The notes under the pieces were generated by a model, which made no database searches, was not told the DNA's origin, and saw only the letters and a program-made list of their open reading frames with translations. Below, in pieces: positions 57,767-64,000 of a stretch of 64,000 bases of DNA (its first letter is position 1; every line of letters starts with the position of its first letter). Source of the DNA: Candidatus Cloacimonadales bacterium. GTDB taxonomy: Bacteria > Cloacimonadota > Cloacimonadia > Cloacimonadales > JAIOQZ01. Where the stretch lies: assembly GCA_963674825.1 (NCBI GenBank), contig OY771587.1:288001-352000 (forward strand), given 5' to 3'. A program made the translations under genes and the position numbers.

Positions 57767-60145
57767 CTACTCGTTCGTCTGAACCTCGTACGGCATCAGG
57801 TACAGGATTCCGTCATCTGACATTCGCATATACCTGTCAGCTTTATCGATCAGCATGTTCATTTCTTTCGGAAGCTTCGATTGTAGCCCCATCGAACTAA
57901 GCATACCCAAGTCGGCCTCAACTGTGATACCCTGCTTGTACTGAGGATACTCAATCAGGTTCAGCTTCTTTACATTCAGGCGATCCATCATGTGCTCAAT
58001 CGCTGTGTTAAGGCCACCCAGTTCATCAACCAGACCGCGCTCAAGCGCTTGGCGTCCGGTCCAGATACGTCCCTGAGCTACCGCGTGAACGTCTTCGACC
58101 GACATTCCTCTACCTTCGGCAACATGCCCGACAAACACGTCGTACATATGTTCGATCATCTCGTTGTATTTCTGCTTCTCGTCATCGGTCATTGGCCTCG
58201 CGATACTTCCAATATCAGCATGCTCACCGCGACGGATTGTTTCGTAATTGACTTTGATCTTATCCAACAGACCCTCGATATTGGGAACGATTCCCATCAC
58301 GCCGATGGAACCGGTAATGGTCATCGGATCCGCGATAATCTCGTCACCGTAAACCGCGATGTAATATCCGCCTGAACCGGCTACAGACCCAAAGGAGAAG
58401 ATCACTGGCCGATCGGTTTCCTTGAATAGCTTGATCTCGCGCGCGATCATATCCGATGCAAGCGCAGAGCCACCACCGCTGTTCACACGCACGATCAGAC
58501 CTGAAATCATCGGATTCTTACGCGCAGCGCGAATCGCCTTGCACATGGTGTCGGAACCGATGCTCTTTCCAGGATCGCCCTTACCCGTGTGAATATCGCC
58601 AACCGCGTAGATGATAGCAACGTCTTTTTCACGATCCTGCGCCCAATCAATCGGCATCGGATCGCTGATGTAACGCGGCATAATCATTGCATTCTTGCCA
58701 AGTGTATCCTTAATCTCGTCATCGTAGATCACCCCATCGATAAGGCCAAGCTCCAGCGCTTGATTAGCAAGATAAGGACCGCCGTCGATCAACTCACGAG
58801 CACTTTTGGTCAGTTTATCACCACGTCCGAACTCGATCATCTTCACAAACTCGTCGTACATGCCATCGAGAACCGTCGTAAGCGCTTCACGCTCCGGTCC
58901 TGTCATGGCGTTTTCGGAGAAGATGTTACCGGCTGTTTTATAGGCGTGGCTCTGGAAGTTCACAACTTCGATTCCTAGCGATTCCAGCAGATCATGCACA
59001 TAGGGCATCGAAATAGCCAGACCGCGCAGCTCGACATCGCCGATCGGATTCATGTAAATTCGATCAGCAATCGAGGCAGCGAATACATACTGTGAATTTG
59101 ACACGGTATCAAAGTAGAAAACAATCTCCTTGCCGGTCTCCTTGAATTTCAGGAACTCCTCGCGCAGCTCGTAGCTGTTGGCGAAATTGACCGACAGGTT
59201 ACTGCTGCGAATCAGGATACCATCGATATGTTCGTCCTCACGAAGCTTGCGGATCTTGTTGATCATGTGCGTGAGCCTGATCTGATCCTTGTCCATGAAG
59301 CGAAGCATACCGAATTCGGAGACTTCTTCGCGCTCCACCACTTCGCCGCTCATCTTCCAGTCGTAGAATTTCTTCTTGTTGAACATGACGCACGGCGAGC
59401 GGAACTGGAGATCCGAAAGATGCACGAACATAGCACCATCGGTGAATTCGTTGTCGTCATCGATGTAATTGACCGTTCCAATCTGCGTTCTGTCTGCTGA
59501 CAGCGCCAGACTCAGCCCGTAGGTTTCGCTGTCTGAGTCATACGACGCACCCAGGTACATGCCATTGATCGGTTCTACCTGCACGCCGAAGATCGGGTCG
59601 CCCCATTCCTCGTCAGTGTATTCGATGTCGGCTGTGAGCGTTACACGATCGATAAGCGGACGCAGACCCAACCCCGCACGATACACATGCTCTTTTGTAT
59701 CGTTCAGAATCTCGGCAGTGCCGCCTACTGATACCCAATCAATGGGCCGATAGAGCATCGAAAAACCTACCGCACCATGTGCGAAGTGGTCGTCCACCCA
59801 ATCCCAATGCGTGCCGAGATAGAAGTTATTGAACAGCTCTGACGACGACGCAAGACGATGATAGTTCGTCTTTTCGCTGCGACGGAAACTGTAACCAAGA
59901 TTATCGGTGTTAAAATAGAGCGAATAATCGCGGATGAAGCCGGTACTGTCATAACGTGCCTGATACCCCAATCCACTAGCTCTCCCGAATGCGAGTGCCG
60001 ACGGATTCACGTCAATTGCATGCATACCGTCTGTGGTCGCAACAGGCTGGAATCTCGCACTGATTTGCCCCCAGGTGACATCCGTCGCCCCGAGCACCAC
60101 CACGGCTGCCAGCATGAAGGCTAAAGCAAGCCACAATCGTTTCAT
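57767..60145 (-). CDS. sppA: Signal peptide peptidase SppA (tandem S49) with N-terminal predicted beta-barrel domain
   Basis: YKTAG (catalytic Lys), RVNSGGGS, AGSGGYY (catalytic Ser), TGSIGV, QGRIWTG; N-terminal ~240 aa with NPSAL and amphipathic strands. Confidence 0.9.
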   Translation of the reverse strand: MKRLWLALAFMLAAVVVLGATDVTWGQISARFQPVATTDGMHAIDVNPSALAFGRASGLGYQARYDSTGFIRDYSLYFNTDNLGYSFRRSEKTNYHRLASSSELFNNFYLGTHWDWVDDHFAHGAVGFSMLYRPIDWVSVGGTAEILNDTKEHVYRAGLGLRPLIDRVTLTADIEYTDEEWGDPIFGVQVEPINGMYLGASYDSDSETYGLSLALSADRTQIGTVNYIDDDNEFTDGAMFVHLSDLQFRSPCVMFNKKKFYDWKMSGEVVEREEVSEFGMLRFMDKDQIRLTHMINKIRKLREDEHIDGILIRSSNLSVNFANSYELREEFLKFKETGKEIVFYFDTVSNSQYVFAASIADRIYMNPIGDVELRGLAISMPYVHDLLESLGIEVVNFQSHAYKTAGNIFSENAMTGPEREALTTVLDGMYDEFVKMIEFGRGDKLTKSARELIDGGPYLANQALELGLIDGVIYDDEIKDTLGKNAMIMPRYISDPMPIDWAQDREKDVAIIYAVGDIHTGKGDPGKSIGSDTMCKAIRAARKNPMISGLIVRVNSGGGSALASDMIAREIKLFKETDRPVIFSFGSVAGSGGYYIAVYGDEIIADPMTITGSIGVMGIVPNIEGLLDKIKVNYETIRRGEHADIGSIARPMTDDEKQKYNEMIEHMYDVFVGHVAEGRGMSVEDVHAVAQGRIWTGRQALERGLVDELGGLNTAIEHMMDRLNVKKLNLIEYPQYKQGITVEADLGMLSSMGLQSKLPKEMNMLIDKADRYMRMSDDGILYLMPYEVQTNE

Positions 60146-60314
60146 AATTCCTCCTTTGTTCTATAAGAAAACCCATTTTTTTAATGTCAATATAATAAAC
60201 GCGAACGAGCGATCGGCACTCATTCACTGTTATGGTACAACGGTACACCAATGCACTTAACGTGTCAAGAAGAATGTGTTAATTTTCAATTCCAAGTCGT
60301 GAATCATATGTGAA

Positions 60315-60500
60315 GTGACACGCGATTTGGCAGAAAAGTGCCATTGGTTTGGCAAATTCTGCCACAGGTTTGGCAACCGTGCCACCAGTTTGGCAAGCGT
60401 GCCACCAGTTTGGCAAAAAGTGACAGCGGTTTGGCAAAAATGCCACGGGTTTGGCAGAAAAGAGCCATTGGTTTGGCAAATTCTGCCAAACCAATGGCTC
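60315..60500. repeat. Tandem array of eight ~21-bp palindromic units, consensus TG(C/A)CA-N6-TGGCA, ending in a 17-bp perfect inverted repeat
   Basis: TTTGGCA at 60326, 60348, 60369, 60389, 60409, 60430, 60450, 60472; IR 60462-60478/60484-60500. Confidence 0.95.
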
Positions 60501-60568
60501 TATATGGGTGTTTTTGAGCAGAAAAAAAACCTACCCAAAACGAGCAGGCCTGTTGATTTCCTTCGATT

Positions 60569-61120
60569 CTACTTATCACCACTCCAGACATACAGCTTCC
60601 CGCCGTATGCGACGACTTCCCCGATGACGCCCTCTTCAGGCAGCTCAGTGACCTCCGCGATGATGTCGGCGGTCTCGAGCTTGATATCGCCTTCAAGGGC
60701 GTGACCGTTGATCTTGGTGCGGGTCTCGACCTTGGCCGCGAGGGCTGTAGTGAGGCCGGATATCTTGCTCTGGGCGAGTGTCGGGATGCGGTCGGTGGCG
60801 AATGTGCCGGTAGCAACCTTTGCGGCGTCGAGGTCTGGTACGCGATCCACGACGAAGGCGCCGGTGGTGATTTTGGAGGTGTCGAGGTCGGGGATCTGGC
60901 TTGCTTCGAGGATGCCTGTTCTATTGCCCGGCTCGATCTGCGGGATCTGCTCGGTGATCAGCTTGCCGGACTTGTCGAGCTGCGCGATACCGTTGGCGAC
61001 GCCGAGTTGCCCGGAGTCGAGGATTTCCTGCCAGGTGCCTGCCCTTTGCGCCTTCGGCGCAAACAGCCGAGCGCCAGCATTGCCGCGAAGCGGCAATGCG
61101 TGAGCGGAAGCATTTACCAT
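60569..61120 (-). CDS. Orphan phage tail-fibre-like repeat protein
   Basis: AGGAGG RBS; NGIAQLDKSGKL..QIP, repeated PDLD..K(I/V).TG.F..DR(V/I)P, ISGLTTALAAK, TKINGHALEGDI; GC-rich relative to flanks. Confidence 0.65.
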   Translation of the reverse strand: MVNASAHALPLRGNAGARLFAPKAQRAGTWQEILDSGQLGVANGIAQLDKSGKLITEQIPQIEPGNRTGILEASQIPDLDTSKITTGAFVVDRVPDLDAAKVATGTFATDRIPTLAQSKISGLTTALAAKVETRTKINGHALEGDIKLETADIIAEVTELPEEGVIGEVVAYGGKLYVWSGDK

Positions 61121-61133
61121 GTTTCCTCCTTCG

Positions 61134-61202
61134 CTTCACGGCTACGAGCCGTCCGGTAGCTTCAACATTGTCGGATTCCGCCTTTGCAGGACCACGAAAT
61201 AG
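61134..61202 (+). pseudogene. C-terminal stub of an FGE-sulfatase/C-type-lectin-fold protein (DGR variable-region-like)
   Basis: Translates LHGYEPSGSFNIVGFRLCRTTK*, matching (R)x4Px7GFR except for Leu at the Arg position. Confidence 0.45.
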
Positions 61203-61393
61203 CCGTAAAAACTTGCTTGAGCGTTCCAGTTTAGATAAGCGTAGCTATGGATCGGAGTAACCTTGTATCCTTTTCCTTTCTCACTTTTTTTAGAAGGTAT
61301 AAGCGTTAATGATGGATAATAACATGGAAGCCTGGAAACGCGCGATTCGCAACTCGGGATGACACAAGTGAGAGTTTTTCGGTCTTCAGAATC

Positions 61394-62863
61394 CTATTTC
61401 AACAGCAGCATCTTACGTACGATGTTCTCCGTATCGGTCCGGAGGATATAGAGGTAAACACCGGTAGCGACGGAGTGCCCCGAGCGATCAAGTCCGTCCC
61501 AGGAGACGCTGTGGATGCCGGCATTACGGAATCCGCTGTCGAGATTGCGGATAAGCTGCCCTTTGTTGTTGAAGATGGAAAGGTTGATATCCGAAGCCTG
61601 CACCAGGTAGTAGCGAATCTCGGTATCTGGATTGAACGGATTTGGAGTATTGGGCATCAGTTGTGTGCACTGGATGCCTTCCATATGCTCTTCCATCCCA
61701 TCAACACCAACCAGATATTCTGTCGTATACTGGATAAGGTCGTCACTGAAACGAATAGTACCATCGAAGCTGTTGCCTGACATCAGGTCAGAAACATTTT
61801 CGGAGCGATAAGTAACCGTCTCGCTATAATTGAGGCTCATCGGTAGAAATTGTCTTGTTTCACCCTGCGTTTCGACTTGAGCAACGATCGGGAAATTCTC
61901 TTCGTTATCGTCGTATTGCAGTTCGATATAGGTTTGATCAGCTTCCTGGATGAGGTGAATGTCGGTAAGCTGCGGTGGTGTGCTATTGAACGGATCAATG
62001 CTGAAAGCACGCGGATAGAAATTCGCACCCCGGCCGTAGTCGGCTGTCTGGATGCCCTGTGTGATCGAGACGATCGCCGTCGTTGAGCCGAGGAGAATCT
62101 CGGGATTTTCCAGATCGAACCAACTGACAAAATCGCTATCGTCAAGCAGGTCTTCCCAGTTACAGGAGAGGATCAGCATGTTGTTATCGGAATCGATGTC
62201 GATCTCGACATCGCCGATCAGGTTCATATCGTTGAGTCCACTGTCTCCAGTGATCTTGTAGAGTCCCGGCTCAAACATTCCCGGTTGCTCTACTGAATAG
62301 ACCAGTGCGAAAATGGGATATGTTTCAGGATCGTCAGGATTCAGAACACCGACCGAGTAGGAATAGAACTCCCACCCCTCAGATACGGGGAAACCACCGC
62401 CAGCGTTCTCTATCGCCACAATCAGATGTTCGTTGGAGAAAGTGCCGTACTCAGCTACGATTTCCAGGTTATCACCATCGAGTACCGAATCGTCAGGATC
62501 ATCATCCCCAAACTTGGTGAGTTTCGTTACAGAGGGAATATCACCTAAAGGATAATAGACCGGGAGGACGTAGTTGAATTCGTTACCGGTGATCTTGAAT
62601 CCATAGTATGCATCGCTATCTACTGGAGCTGGCGCTTCGCCTTCCCAGCTTTGAGGTGTATCGCTCTGCTGCGTCATCAACACTTCCTGGACGCCGGCAT
62701 CGTCGTTATAGAGTAGATAACTCTGCTGGCTGGCTTCGCAACGAATCTTCAGAGAACCATTCTCAAGCTCTCCACTGAATCGCGGAAAGTTCCATTGATC
62801 GTAGCCCTGCGCATTCATGAGCGCAGCAAGCATAATGAGAACGACAAGTATAGTGTATTTCAA
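61394..62863 (-). CDS. Secreted protein with FlgD-Ig/T9SS-like CTD
   Basis: TTG start with GGAGG RBS, signal peptide, NTPNPFNPDT..FNNKGQL..KMLLLK. Confidence 0.85.
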   Translation of the reverse strand: MKYTILVVLIMLAALMNAQGYDQWNFPRFSGELENGSLKIRCEASQQSYLLYNDDAGVQEVLMTQQSDTPQSWEGEAPAPVDSDAYYGFKITGNEFNYVLPVYYPLGDIPSVTKLTKFGDDDPDDSVLDGDNLEIVAEYGTFSNEHLIVAIENAGGGFPVSEGWEFYSYSVGVLNPDDPETYPIFALVYSVEQPGMFEPGLYKITGDSGLNDMNLIGDVEIDIDSDNNMLILSCNWEDLLDDSDFVSWFDLENPEILLGSTTAIVSITQGIQTADYGRGANFYPRAFSIDPFNSTPPQLTDIHLIQEADQTYIELQYDDNEENFPIVAQVETQGETRQFLPMSLNYSETVTYRSENVSDLMSGNSFDGTIRFSDDLIQYTTEYLVGVDGMEEHMEGIQCTQLMPNTPNPFNPDTEIRYYLVQASDINLSIFNNKGQLIRNLDSGFRNAGIHSVSWDGLDRSGHSVATGVYLYILRTDTENIVRKMLLLK

Positions 62864-63177
62864 GGATTCCTCCCCTATGTTTTTTTCATATTACAACACG
62901 CCTCAATTTTGTCAATGGAAAACACGATAAATATGTAGCTTACACATGCTTCACAGAAACTTTGACACCAACCAAGCGCTACGTTTTTCCTCAATTCAGA
63001 ATAATGGGTTCTTCCCCAAGCAGTACTGGCAGCCATTATTCGACCGTTGCGTCAAAACTTGCAGCCATACTCGCAACGACGCCTCAAATGGCGGAAATTG
63101 GTTGACAATTTCGATTCTCAGCCTGGATTTACGTTGAGAAGTTGTCCATATCGATATGGATACGTGAAAGGAGACCA

Positions 63178-64000
63178 ATGAACACGATCCACCTTATTGT
63201 CGGTGCGCGACCGAATTTCATGAAAATGGCACCGCTTTACCGCGAACTGAAGCGATATCCTGATGAATTCATCATTCGACTCATCCATACCGGACAGCAT
63301 TACGACAAGCGCATGAGTCAGTTCTTTTTCGATGATCTCGGGCTCCCCAAGCCTGACGAATACCTCGAAGTGGGCTCAGGAACTCATGGTGAGCAAACCG
63401 CCCGAATCATAGAGCGATACGAAAAGGTTCTCCTGCGCGACAAGCCGGATCTGGTGGTTGTCGCCGGCGACGTGAACAGCACCCTTGCTTGCGCACTCGA
63501 CGCCGTGAAATACCATATTCCCGTCGCGCATCTCGAAGCGGGTTTGCGCAGCTTCGACCGCACCATGCCGGAGGAAATCAACCGCATCATGACCGACTGC
63601 ATCAGCAAATGGCTGCTCACGCCTTCATCGGATGGCGATATGCACCTGCTGGCAGAAGGTATCCCCGCCGATCGCATCTTCCGTGTCGGCAATATCATGA
63701 TCGATTCGCTCGTCCAGCACCGTGATCGCGCAGCCGCATCGAATATCCTCTCGGAGGTGGGCGTCGAATCCAGACAGTATGGCCTCATCACGTTGCATCG
63801 TCCCTCCAATGTCGATCACCACGAAGGACTGGAGATTATCCTGTCGGCATTCGAAGAAATCGCTAAGGAGATCGATCTGGTCTTCCCCATCCATCCGCGC
63901 ACACGCAAACGTCTGGATGAATTCGGCATGAACAGCCGCGTCGAAGCAATCAAACGCCTTAAGCTGATCGAGCCGGTGGGCTACTACGACTTCCTTCGCC
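63178..64000 (+). CDS. wecB: UDP-N-acetylglucosamine 2-epimerase (non-hydrolysing), truncated by window end
   Basis: MNTIHLIVGARPNFMK, HTGQHYD, GDVNST, HLEAGLRS, PEEINR, TLHRPSNVD, HPRT; AAGGAG RBS. Confidence 0.96.
   Translation, partial: MNTIHLIVGARPNFMKMAPLYRELKRYPDEFIIRLIHTGQHYDKRMSQFFFDDLGLPKPDEYLEVGSGTHGEQTARIIERYEKVLLRDKPDLVVVAGDVNSTLACALDAVKYHIPVAHLEAGLRSFDRTMPEEINRIMTDCISKWLLTPSSDGDMHLLAEGIPADRIFRVGNIMIDSLVQHRDRAAASNILSEVGVESRQYGLITLHRPSNVDHHEGLEIILSAFEEIAKEIDLVFPIHPRTRKRLDEFGMNSRVEAIKRLKLIEPVGYYDFLR

Noticed and set aside
60279..60494. Repeat-protein ORFs across the array (60279-60494 minus, 60315-60704 plus)
   Set aside because: Units of 20/21/22 bp shift frame, there is no RBS and the composition is implausible; treated as non-coding
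60315..60500. CRISPR array
   Set aside because: The whole period is only 20-22 bp, with no unique ~30-bp spacers and no cas genes in the window
60300..61390. Complete DGR or prophage
   Set aside because: No reverse transcriptase, Avd, template repeat, integrase, capsid or terminase gene is visible in the window

Overview
A mostly core-genome bacterial window of about 50% GC. The many secreted proteins ending in a 'PNPFNP...K(M/A/V)L(L/M)(L/I)K' FlgD-Ig/T9SS-like domain, the rnfCDGEAB operon and a type-2 IleRS suggest an anaerobe of the FCB group, probably Candidatus Cloacimonadota (inference). It holds about 50 CDSs, including metG, ileS, dprA/comM, aroC-CM and aroD-aroE fusions, xerC, dinB, ade, rlmD, deaD, era, holA, uppP, rnf, sppA and a partial wecB. 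I found no tRNA, rRNA, CRISPR array or complete prophage. The unusual signals are small. (1) An HUH/Y1 TnpA gene overlaps the dinB stop codon and lies next to REP-like doublets. (2) At least four short-palindrome (REP-like) families occur, and one inverted pair brackets an AT-rich GIY-YIG nuclease gene. (3) A ~1 kb islet at 60.3-61.3 kb carries an 8-unit ~21-bp palindromic array, an orphan tail-fibre-like ORF with GAA-triloop hairpins, and a stub resembling a DGR variable region. (4) Two candidate leaderless leader peptides precede deaD and a GNAT-racemase operon. (5) IleRS2 has a swapped GVHH signature, and SppA is fused to a predicted beta-barrel.
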